In this document: positions 7,613 through 15,953 of the stretch, piece after piece
Layout: every line of letters starts with the position of its first letter
Numbering within the stretch: the stretch's first letter is position 1
Assembly: GCA_048882485.1 (NCBI GenBank)
Contig: JBHLRP010000002.1
Coordinates: 150,606 to 214,605 of the forward strand
From: Candidatus Thorarchaeota archaeon
GTDB taxonomy: Archaea > Asgardarchaeota > Thorarchaeia > Thorarchaeales > Thorarchaeaceae
DNA length: 64,000 nt
Direction of reading: 5' to 3'
Program-made: the position numbers and the translations under genes
The notes under the pieces: model-generated
Told to the model about the DNA's origin: nothing
What the model saw: only the letters and a program-made list of their open reading frames with translations
Databases searched by the model: none

Positions 7613-9772
7613 TTGAAGCGCAACTTAACCCTGATGTTTACAATGGGTTTCATCCTTCTAGTCTTTGCTCCTGTATCCGTCAGTGGGACGACAATTAGCC
7701 AAAGCCCTGTTATCAACCTCGATAGCGTTTTCGTGGATGCGGTAGTTCTACCAAATGGCCGAATAAACGTCACATATTGGATAACCATATCCGTAATTGA
7801 GAATTCCCTGGGCGGATTCGATTTAGCGGGGATTCAAGAAACCACAATCTATGATTCCGATCGCGCGTACGCTGAGGTGGACGGAAACCGCTACAATCTG
7901 GTCGTTGGACAGCTCTCAAATGGCTACGCTCTAGACTGGACTCCCAGGACTCAAGCTGGAGAAACAGTCACAGTAGTATTTGGGTATTTCAGTACAAACA
8001 GGGTTCTAGAGATGACAACTGGAACATTTACTCTTGAGGGCTCTGGTCTGCAAGTTACCGGTGATTTGGCTGTTTTCAACTGGGCTCCAGTACAGTGGAG
8101 TGTGCCTCTTGATTATGAGAATGTGAGAGTAATTTATCCTATTGAAATGCAGGCTTCATGGATTACCGGGGAAGGTGGAATCACCTCAGAGGGAGCAGAT
8201 TATGCGGGCTATGTTGTGGATAGCCGTCAGAGGCTTGAAGACAACTTTGGCAGCTTCTTTCCCTTCGATGAGGAGAACCTTCTTGCCTATCCCTCGTCGG
8301 CTTCCGCTGACCCTCGATACTTCAGCGTTAGTCTAGGACATTCTAATTTGGGCTCCTATGACCACTTCCGTGTATTTCATTATACCAATTGGAGCTTCTA
8401 TGCTCCGTATCTCGAACCGGGCGCCCTAGACTATAACACTCCGGAGAATTTCAATGCAGATGCGAACACGGAATTCTCAATTGGTGTGGATGTATTCAAT
8501 ATCGGAGACGCCCCACTCAACGATGTCACAGTAACACTCTCTGTGCCAGACAATCTCACTTTGACTTCTGGCCAGGTCTCTACTTATATTGGAACACTCG
8601 ATGGCGGAGAGAACTCTCATTTGACTTACCATTTCATCCCCGATAACTTGCCAGAGATTCTTCCCCTCACGTTTCAAATCTCATCATCCAGTCTTAATAC
8701 AAGTGACTGGGTAACATTTACAGTCAACATCTATGTGCGGGAAGTTATTCCTCCCTTGATACCTCCGAATCTCCTGATTTGGGGATCTGCTGGAATAGCG
8801 GCCATAGCTGTTGTTTCTTTTGGCTATCGTCGAATAATGGGTGGATATGGAGCAACATGGGAGGTTGATGAAACAACAAAGGTGTATCAGAGCCCGGAGA
8901 TTGCCATCCAGACTTTAGGCACACCAGGAACTGTTGCAGATCTTGATCCTGTTGAGAGCGCATTCTTTGTCAATACAAATCGCAAGAAACTGGTGTCAAT
9001 GATTCTCATGTCCTGTGTGAAAAAAGGTGCAGTAAGGGTGATTTCAACGGACCCCTTACGCCTATCAGATACGGGCCTGAGGTTCGAGGACCCTACTTAC
9101 TATGAACAGATGTTTGTCGCCTCTATTAGCAACAATGAGCTTGACCCCGACAGGATTGATGACATGCTGGAAGAACTAGCTGAGAAGGTGCAAGAGAAGT
9201 CTTGGGATGCGGACTTCGAGGCTACTAAGACCCATCATGAGGAGATGGTCGATGGGGCCTGGGAAGACCTGGAAAGTGATCCAACACTTGATGGGCGTGT
9301 TGATTACTATTTCAATCGGAGGTATCACGACACTTGGGCTTGGTATTGGTTCTACATGCATCCTCATCATAACCGAAGAATCAGCCAAGTGTTCACACCT
9401 CCAGGGGGGACAATCGCTCCTCCAAGGGTACCTGATTGGTTTGGTCAGATTGCTGAGGCTGCTGGCCATTCAATTGGCGAAGTTGGACGTGTGGTTGGAG
9501 ATGTAGCTTCAACCACGGGCCAAATCATGACGAATGTAACAAACACCATTGGAGATGTCCTTTCGGGAGTTGGTAACATCATCCGAGAACCGCTGAAACC
9601 TATCTTGGAGGAGACCAGTCGTTGCGTGTCTCATGATGCCTGCCACTCTGCATGCGTTTCGCACGATGCATGTCATAGTGCCTGTCACAGCGCATGCCAT
9701 AGTGCTTGTGTATGCCATAGCGCCTGTCATAGTGCATGCCACAGTGCATGTGTTTCTGGAGGATTTAGATAA
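7613..9772 (+). CDS. single-pass membrane protein (DUF2207-like/Ig-like ectodomain) with C-terminal Cys/His repeat tail; putative radical SAM substrate
   Basis: Signal peptide; beta-rich ectodomain with CARDB-like VFNIGDAPLNDV; TM LLIWGSAGIAAIAVVSFGY followed by RR; tail CVSHDACHSAC...CVSGGFR. Confidence 0.85.
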   Translation: MKRNLTLMFTMGFILLVFAPVSVSGTTISQSPVINLDSVFVDAVVLPNGRINVTYWITISVIENSLGGFDLAGIQETTIYDSDRAYAEVDGNRYNLVVGQLSNGYALDWTPRTQAGETVTVVFGYFSTNRVLEMTTGTFTLEGSGLQVTGDLAVFNWAPVQWSVPLDYENVRVIYPIEMQASWITGEGGITSEGADYAGYVVDSRQRLEDNFGSFFPFDEENLLAYPSSASADPRYFSVSLGHSNLGSYDHFRVFHYTNWSFYAPYLEPGALDYNTPENFNADANTEFSIGVDVFNIGDAPLNDVTVTLSVPDNLTLTSGQVSTYIGTLDGGENSHLTYHFIPDNLPEILPLTFQISSSSLNTSDWVTFTVNIYVREVIPPLIPPNLLIWGSAGIAAIAVVSFGYRRIMGGYGATWEVDETTKVYQSPEIAIQTLGTPGTVADLDPVESAFFVNTNRKKLVSMILMSCVKKGAVRVISTDPLRLSDTGLRFEDPTYYEQMFVASISNNELDPDRIDDMLEELAEKVQEKSWDADFEATKTHHEEMVDGAWEDLESDPTLDGRVDYYFNRRYHDTWAWYWFYMHPHHNRRISQVFTPPGGTIAPPRVPDWFGQIAEAAGHSIGEVGRVVGDVASTTGQIMTNVTNTIGDVLSGVGNIIREPLKPILEETSRCVSHDACHSACVSHDACHSACHSACHSACVCHSACHSACHSACVSGGFR
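9623..9769 (+). repeat. coding repeat: CHSA x7 and CVSHDA x2 (11 Cys, 9 His in 49 aa)
   Basis: Direct translation; all seven CHSA units use different codon combinations. Confidence 0.95.
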
Positions 9773-10539
9773 TGGGAGAAACCATCAAGACGATATTTCA
9801 TTTGAGCGATATCCACATTGGAGAACAAGGAGTGTCTTTAGGCGATTTCCGCGAAGTAATTGAGAGTATTGAGAAGCGTGCTCCGCATATGACCTCGCCT
9901 CTCATTCTTATCACGGGCGATCTTACAGGGGAGGGACTTAGAGAGGAGTATGAAGCATTCTCTAATGTTGTATCTGGCATAGAAACTCCTCTCATAATCG
10001 TGCCTGGAAACCATGACGAGCGCAATTACGGTGCTGCACACTTCGAGGAGATGTTTGGAGAGCGTTTTAAGACCTACGAGGACGAAGCTATTGCGTTGTA
10101 TGCAGCTGACAGTGCAGAACCAGACAATGATGCAGGGCATGTTGGTCGGACTAAGTATAATGAGATACATGACTTTCTCGGAGGGGCGAAAGAGAAGGTG
10201 CGCATATTCGCGTTACATCATCACCTGATACCGGTCCCAAACACTGGGAGGGAACACAATGTTGTGGAGGATTCTGGTGCTGTCTTGGGACTTTTGAATC
10301 GAACGCAATGCTCGTTGGTCCTAAATGGTCACCGTCATGTCCCTTGGATGTGGAATCTGAATGATATGATTATATACACGACAGGTACCCTGCTCTCCCG
10401 GCGTGTTCGTGGAGCTACGACTCAAGTCTATACGCTTATTGAGCTTACCAAGGCCGATGTGACATTTACCTTGGTTGAGAAGTCAGGTTCTGCGAGCCTA
10501 TTCTCTCGTGCCGAGCTTCGTCCTGCTGTCCTAGGCTAA
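9772..10539 (+). CDS. calcineurin-like metallophosphoesterase (CpdA/Icc-like)
   Basis: HLSDIH, TGDLT, PGNHD, HHH, GHRH; TAATG stop/start overlap with the upstream gene. Confidence 0.9.
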   Translation: MGETIKTIFHLSDIHIGEQGVSLGDFREVIESIEKRAPHMTSPLILITGDLTGEGLREEYEAFSNVVSGIETPLIIVPGNHDERNYGAAHFEEMFGERFKTYEDEAIALYAADSAEPDNDAGHVGRTKYNEIHDFLGGAKEKVRIFALHHHLIPVPNTGREHNVVEDSGAVLGLLNRTQCSLVLNGHRHVPWMWNLNDMIIYTTGTLLSRRVRGATTQVYTLIELTKADVTFTLVEKSGSASLFSRAELRPAVLG

Positions 10540-10548
10540 CCATAGCAA

Positions 10549-10908
10549 TCATTGGAAAATAAGGACTGCTCTCAATGAGGTGACATCTGATAGTGTGAGG
10601 AGAGATGACACTGTCCCTGTGACCACCACAATTGAATGCTCAGGCGGAATCCAGCCATCCCACGTAAAGACTAGGCCTTGAAGGCCTCCTGAAGGAGGAA
10701 TCACGATGAAGCTGTTTCCTAGCGCATAGATCAATTCTCCTTTCACTGTTACCACAGTGCCGTTTGATACATTTCCACCATTAATGTCCTCTATCGCTGT
10801 TGCACCAATCACGCCATCGTGCCACGCTATAACTATGATAGCTATGATGATAATTCCTAATATTAATCCAAAGACTTTTCCCTTCGAACCCTTCTTCTGC
10901 TTTGGCAT
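10549..10908 (-). CDS. membrane-anchored small OB-fold-like protein
   Basis: Basic N-terminus plus TM helix; GTVVTVKGE...IVVVTGTV pattern. Confidence 0.65.
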   Translation of the reverse strand: MPKQKKGSKGKVFGLILGIIIIAIIVIAWHDGVIGATAIEDINGGNVSNGTVVTVKGELIYALGNSFIVIPPSGGLQGLVFTWDGWIPPEHSIVVVTGTVSSLLTLSDVTSLRAVLIFQ

Positions 10909-11015
10909 GCTTCTACCCTCATCATCATCTGAACAACTCCTCTAAAAGATGTTCTCATGAACAGATGGTCTGGCGCACTCCGGTACATTCTATAGCCCGT
11001 TGCATTTGAGTTTCC

Positions 11016-12239
11016 TTGATTCTAATGGATGTTGGAAGAGAGTTCGTCCGGCTTTGTGGCGAGGTAGGAAATCTTTCAAAAAGCGTGACTGGTTTAAGCA
11101 TTGTTGATGCCTATTATGGACCGGATGAACTGGCACCAGACCGACAGGCAAAGGATCGCGAGCCAGAAATAATGATGCATGAGCTATCAGTTCTATCCGA
11201 CAATATCAAGGATGAGATTGAACAGCCGCTGCGCTCTAAGTATCTCACTACGGAAGTTCATTCGCTGCAATCTGTTGTCAGATGGATGGCAGGAGAGGAA
11301 ATGTCCTATGCTGACATTGTGGAGAATGTCTTTGGTATCAAACCAACTAGATTCTCTGAGAAAGAAGTAGAAAAAGCAATGAAGAATGTTGAGGCTGCAT
11401 TTTCAGACTGTCCTGGCAGTGATACGAGAGAGCGTGTGGAGCAATTCAAACTTGATGGTCAGGTGCAAGGAGTGGAGGCAAAGAACTACATCGAAGGAGA
11501 ATTGCAGCAGAGTGCAAAGGATGTAGGGATGCTATTCCAGAAAAAAGTCTACGCTAGCATGGATGCCACTGTGATTGACAATGGCATTGAGCATAAGGCG
11601 GTGACAGACAAGCCCTGGGGAGGTTACAATTATTACCAAGGTGACTACAAATCAAAAAACGAGTTCAATGTTGACCGTCCATTTAGTAAACACGGACTAG
11701 CTGCTGTAATCTATCACGAATATGAGCATCATGTTTCAAATCTTTGGAGAGAAAAGGCGTATCGCGAAAACGATTTGACAGACCTCTCCATTGTTCCCCT
11801 TACTGGAAGATGCGTGATCTCTGAGGGAACTGCTGATACTGCGATGGACTTCCTTGAAGTTGGCGAAGGAACTGATGCGCTAAGAATGCGAGCTTTAACG
11901 AACCTATCTCGGATGTGCAGCATGAACGCTGCACTAATGTTGAATCATAAGCGCGCATCTGATAATGAGGTTGTTGAATATCTGGTTGAACGGACATTCG
12001 GCAAGGAAGAGAGAATAAGACCCTCCCTTGAATTTTCTCGACCCAAGACCAATGAAGGGAAACCAAATCTTTGGGCTCCCTACATCTTCAATTATCTCAC
12101 AGGTAGAAAGGACTTTGTCTATCCAACATTTCTCAAAGCCAAGGAAACTGACAAGCTTCCAGACTTCTTCAGAACAGTCTACCTCAATCCCTATTCAGGT
12201 TCAAGCAGAACTTGGAACGAAGCCTTCGATTGGCTTTAG
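11016..12239 (+). CDS. HExxH zincin-like protein (DUF885-like)
   Basis: IYHEYEHH followed by ISEG (third-ligand Glu) and YIFNYLTG. Confidence 0.7.
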   Translation: MILMDVGREFVRLCGEVGNLSKSVTGLSIVDAYYGPDELAPDRQAKDREPEIMMHELSVLSDNIKDEIEQPLRSKYLTTEVHSLQSVVRWMAGEEMSYADIVENVFGIKPTRFSEKEVEKAMKNVEAAFSDCPGSDTRERVEQFKLDGQVQGVEAKNYIEGELQQSAKDVGMLFQKKVYASMDATVIDNGIEHKAVTDKPWGGYNYYQGDYKSKNEFNVDRPFSKHGLAAVIYHEYEHHVSNLWREKAYRENDLTDLSIVPLTGRCVISEGTADTAMDFLEVGEGTDALRMRALTNLSRMCSMNAALMLNHKRASDNEVVEYLVERTFGKEERIRPSLEFSRPKTNEGKPNLWAPYIFNYLTGRKDFVYPTFLKAKETDKLPDFFRTVYLNPYSGSSRTWNEAFDWL

Positions 12240-12247
12240 TCCGCATC

Positions 12248-12502
12248 ATGAGGCCCTGGGATTTGCGAAGCAAGAAGAAGAAGTCAAGCAATACTAGAAG
12301 CCGTTGGTATGCCAATCTCTTCTTTCTGGTAAATATCTCATTTCTGATTGCCCTTTGGCTTCTTACACAGTACTATCCGATTCTGCCGCAGGATATTCTT
12401 CTATCTTGGCTATCTGTCACAATTGTCATGATTGTGATTCTGTGGTTCGTTGACCGAAGGGCCGCGAAGATGGTTCTTGAAGATCTAAGCCGCAGTCCCT
12501 GA
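12248..12502 (+). CDS. small two-TM membrane protein
   Basis: Basic N-terminus, two hydrophobic helices; ATG 12248 avoids overlap with the previous gene. Confidence 0.6.
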   Translation: MRPWDLRSKKKKSSNTRSRWYANLFFLVNISFLIALWLLTQYYPILPQDILLSWLSVTIVMIVILWFVDRRAAKMVLEDLSRSP

Positions 12503-12573
12503 AATGAAAGCGTGGCGAGAAAAAGAATGAGAGGGTGATGATCGAAAGACCATCACACCATACTTGAGTTCCT

Positions 12574-13971
12574 CTATTCGTTAGTTTGAGCTCTTGAGTA
12601 TGCACCCTCAAGTTCTCTTTCCATAGCCGATGGAATAACAGTCTTGGTGAAGTCGCCATCTTTCTTTCTGATGAAGACGTAGAGCAACGTGACATATACA
12701 ATGTCAAACGTGCGCAATACTAGTGATACTGGAATTCCTGCTAGAACTGCAAAGACAACTCCTAGTACTATGGTTGCAATTAAGTCTCCAGCAAAGGCAA
12801 CCCAGCCTACGACTGCTCCTCCAAGGGCAAAACCAAGGAAGAATATGACAGCCAGAACACCAAAGCCCCATCTTACTGCGGTTTCTTTAATCATGACATC
12901 TACGAAGTTGTCCTTAACGAGACCTGCACTTCGCTTGATGCCGTCCCTCGCTCCAAGCTCTTCCGCCACCATCGCAGGGATTGTGAAGTAGTTTATCAGG
13001 AACCAAACATAGCTTATGATTCCACCTGCGACCCTGCCAACTGCTGCTCCTCCCACACCTCCGACTTCTCTGCCCAAACGCTCAAGAATCATCCTGATGA
13101 TAACGATTAGCACACTCAATAAGCTCAAGACAATGATGCCAGTTATGACACCAAGAGATGACCTGACGCCATCGCCGAGGTCAGGATCTCTGCCACGCAT
13201 ATAGAGGTAGACCATAGCAGATGATGTTCCATAAGCTAAATTGTAGAAGAATATTGTAGCAAAGAGATACAGGACAATCCCAATGCCCGCAACCCATCCA
13301 GTTTCAATGGTTAGGTCTTGAGCACCTGAGATTATCTGCATTGCATTTCCTCCAGACAAGACATCAATTGAATAGAATGCAATGCCTCCGAACATGACAG
13401 CTGAAATTAGGGTGAAGACCATTACCAGCGTTGGCGGAACGAATACACCCTTTTCATCTAGACATACCTGCCCAGTCAGTTTGATGATCTCACCTGCACG
13501 GCGGATTCTATCTCGAAACACCGTGAACAGTAGAAGTGTGAGGAACAGCGTAAAGAGACCTGGTATTAAGACTGGCCAAGCAAAGGGACCTCCAGTAACC
13601 AAAATCAGAATTGGAATGGCTAGTGTCATTAAGTTCATGAAGAACGCGCCAATGTAGATCAGTGTCCCTCCCAATCTCCTTGCGAGCCATGAGGCAGCAT
13701 ACGCCACAAAGAGACTCAGTAGGATGATCCCAAACACAATGGCTGCAATTGCTATCGCGGCATCAGTCGGTGATATCACTAGGCTCACGACTGAAAGGAT
13801 GTCGTTGATGGCATTCATCACCTGGGTTCCATAAGAAGCCCAGAGCCCCATCAATGAATAGATGCCTGCTGCGAAGAAAGCTCCAAGAACGATTACAACT
13901 CCAAGCACTGCTTTTCCGTGGCTTGGATAGTTTTGATTATCATGATATTCTATCACATCAGTACGTGCCAA
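12574..13971 (-). CDS. polytopic membrane protein, choline transporter-like (SLC44/Pns1)/DUF6159-like
   Basis: About 10 TM; RIRRAGEIIKLTGQV, LLSVLIVIIRMILE, NYFTIPAMVAEELGARDGIKRSAGLV. Confidence 0.7.
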   Translation of the reverse strand: MARTDVIEYHDNQNYPSHGKAVLGVVIVLGAFFAAGIYSLMGLWASYGTQVMNAINDILSVVSLVISPTDAAIAIAAIVFGIILLSLFVAYAASWLARRLGGTLIYIGAFFMNLMTLAIPILILVTGGPFAWPVLIPGLFTLFLTLLLFTVFRDRIRRAGEIIKLTGQVCLDEKGVFVPPTLVMVFTLISAVMFGGIAFYSIDVLSGGNAMQIISGAQDLTIETGWVAGIGIVLYLFATIFFYNLAYGTSSAMVYLYMRGRDPDLGDGVRSSLGVITGIIVLSLLSVLIVIIRMILERLGREVGGVGGAAVGRVAGGIISYVWFLINYFTIPAMVAEELGARDGIKRSAGLVKDNFVDVMIKETAVRWGFGVLAVIFFLGFALGGAVVGWVAFAGDLIATIVLGVVFAVLAGIPVSLVLRTFDIVYVTLLYVFIRKKDGDFTKTVIPSAMERELEGAYSRAQTNE

Positions 13972-14117
13972 CTAATCTCCTCCAATTAGTAGTAAACACT
14001 TGACTCAACTCCTCATCTGTTACAGTTAAATCTTAGCAACGATAGGCATAGAGGAGTATAGTGGGCTGTAAATCACCTATGCCAATATATTTCAGATGGA
14101 TAAAGGAACGTAATGCT

Positions 14118-14591
14118 ATGGAATCCATAACTTACTGCGAACCAGATCACATCTTCTGCAGGGCAAATAAAATCCTGTTTGCAGGTGATGGAAGTGAAAA
14201 TGCAGCCAAGGCAATGAAGGTGGCAATTGAGCTTGCAGAGCTGACAAATTCCAAGCTCTTCATTGTCCATGTTGTACCCACACCAACAGTCAAGCAGATG
14301 GCAGTGATGACTAGTATGAGTCAAGAGGAAGTCATGGAGAAGTATGTTAGGAATGGAGAGATTCTCTTGAAAGGCTACAAAGATTCGGCATTGGAATACA
14401 ATCTCAAAGTCGAAACAATTCTTGAGAGAAGCGCTCCTTCAGAAGGAGTACTTGCAGTAGCCAAGGCGAAAAAAGTGGACCTTATTGTGATTGGTTCAAG
14501 GGGCGCATCTGGCACAAGACGTGCTGGCATGGGCAGCAATACTGAACGAATCGTAATAAACTCAGAATGTCCGGTTTTGGTCGTGAAGTAG
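14118..14591 (+). CDS. universal stress protein (UspA family)
   Basis: KILFAGDGSENA, DLIVIGSRG, GSNTERIV, CPVLVVK. Confidence 0.92.
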   Translation: MESITYCEPDHIFCRANKILFAGDGSENAAKAMKVAIELAELTNSKLFIVHVVPTPTVKQMAVMTSMSQEEVMEKYVRNGEILLKGYKDSALEYNLKVETILERSAPSEGVLAVAKAKKVDLIVIGSRGASGTRRAGMGSNTERIVINSECPVLVVK

Positions 14592-14622
14592 TGCTCAAAA
14601 ATGATGTTGGACAGCAGCCGGA

Positions 14623-14898
14623 CTATTCCAGCTCCCTTATCTGCCCAATCATACTCACCATATTTCGAATGGAGAGAATATCCTGTCCTGCTGCTGCATA
14701 GGTGGCTGCAAGCTCCCTCGCATAATCTTCAGGAAGGCCGTGCTTGACTAGGCTCTTGTGAAACGCCTTCTTTGACCGCCTGACATTCCACCTAGCATTG
14801 ACATATGCACCTAACAATCCTGCTACAATCTTTACACTACCCGAGATTGCAGTCCAGACAATGGAGGCGACTTCTCTCGGAGACTCGTCATCACTCAA
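14623..14898 (-). CDS. hypothetical protein, paralog of the 14891-15256 protein
   Basis: Likely TTG start at 14898 overlapping the upstream stop (ATG 14910 is the alternative); FHKSLVKHGLPEDYARELA. Confidence 0.7.
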   Translation of the reverse strand: MSDDESPREVASIVWTAISGSVKIVAGLLGAYVNARWNVRRSKKAFHKSLVKHGLPEDYARELAATYAAAGQDILSIRNMVSMIGQIRELE

Positions 14899-15256
14899 GA
14901 TCCTCTTCATCCTCAAAGTCGTCTATTTCGATGGACTTGGTCCTTTTCTTTCCCTTTTCTTCCTCCATTGCGATATTCATTAGCTTTGTAATGTTGAACA
15001 TGTCAAGACCAGCGACATATTTCTTGGTCAATTCCATAGCCATCTCTTCTGGAATGCCTTGTTCTTTGAGTTTCGCATAGAAGCCACCTATGGCTGCAGC
15101 CATGTCCTCCGCTCTTTCAGCACTATAGACGCTGCCAATAAGTCCGCCAATTAGCTTTGGAATCGAGTCACTAAGAGCTCCGAATATCTCTTTGATCTCT
15201 TCAGCCTCACTTTGTCCTTTGTGTTTTCTGTCATCTCTTGATTCATCATCACTCAT
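14891..15256 (-). CDS. hypothetical protein (helical, acidic tail)
   Basis: GGTGA RBS; FYAKLKEQGIPEEMAMELT. Confidence 0.8.
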   Translation of the reverse strand: MSDDESRDDRKHKGQSEAEEIKEIFGALSDSIPKLIGGLIGSVYSAERAEDMAAAIGGFYAKLKEQGIPEEMAMELTKKYVAGLDMFNITKLMNIAMEEEKGKKRTKSIEIDDFEDEEDLE

Positions 15257-15285
15257 GATTATTTATCACCAAGATTGAATATGTC

Positions 15286-15348
15286 TGGTCACTCATCTTA
15301 AGAAAAGTGGAGACAAGTGACCACTTCCTATTCAAATTGCGGTCACTT
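15286..15348. promoter_or_regulatory. candidate operator: three GGTCACT boxes around a TATA-like element
   Basis: GGTCACT at 15287 and 15341, reverse copy AGTGACC at 15316 inside the near-palindrome AAGTG-ac-CACTT; CTTAAG lies between them. Confidence 0.5.
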
Positions 15349-15363
15349 CACGTCATAGTGATG

Positions 15364-15852
15364 TCATGTTAACGCGAAATATCGTGCGCGATCATCATCT
15401 TCATCATCAATGACTTTGAGAATACCCCGCTCAAGAAGGGACTGAATCCTTTCTCTTATTATGCGCCTAGAGGCTGTTCCACGTTCGGCTCTCACGGCAG
15501 CAGTAATTTGACTGATATTGAGAGGTCGAGATCCATCAAGGATTCTGATAATCTGCCAACTAATATTGTCCTTCCGAAGGTCACCATATCTAGATTCCAA
15601 GCGTTCCGCTCGAGTGAACTTGGACATTAGCTTGACCATTCCGTCATAGAACTCAAAGCCCTCACGTATGACCTTTGCAGACTCCCCGACTTCTTCAATA
15701 CCCGGTCCAAGTCGTTCAATGAGGGTCTCAACTCGAGCAAGTCTTGATGAGATTTCATCCAATCGGTCTTGAACCTCTTCAATAGTGAGCTGTGATGAGT
15801 CATCCGGACTTTTTTTGTCCTTTGTGTCTGATGGCTCCTTCTTCTTGCTCAA
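15364..15852 (-). CDS. winged-helix transcriptional regulator with N-terminal coiled coil
   Basis: IIRILDGSRPLNISQIT...ASRRIIRERIQSLLERGIL. Confidence 0.8.
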   Translation of the reverse strand: MSKKKEPSDTKDKKSPDDSSQLTIEEVQDRLDEISSRLARVETLIERLGPGIEEVGESAKVIREGFEFYDGMVKLMSKFTRAERLESRYGDLRKDNISWQIIRILDGSRPLNISQITAAVRAERGTASRRIIRERIQSLLERGILKVIDDEDDDRARYFALT

Positions 15853-15953
15853 GGTTCAGCCTCAGGCTTGCTCACATATTGCTTGAGATAAGTTTGATGG
15901 CAAGCGAAATCCGTTTAATAGCGATTGCTTCCCCATTCGTATTGTGACTAGAG

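Noticed and set aside
9623-9769. Tail read as multiheme cytochrome c (CxxxCH / CxCH)
   Set aside because: The motifs overlap, no canonical CxxCH is present, and the tail is predicted to be cytoplasmic, away from heme maturation
9623-9769. CRISPR array or VNTR
   Set aside because: 12-nt degenerate coding units with no spacers and synonymous divergence
15853-15953. Fluoride riboswitch before the ClC gene
   Set aside because: No consensus match, and the ClC has GSGI/GREGP rather than CLC-F signatures
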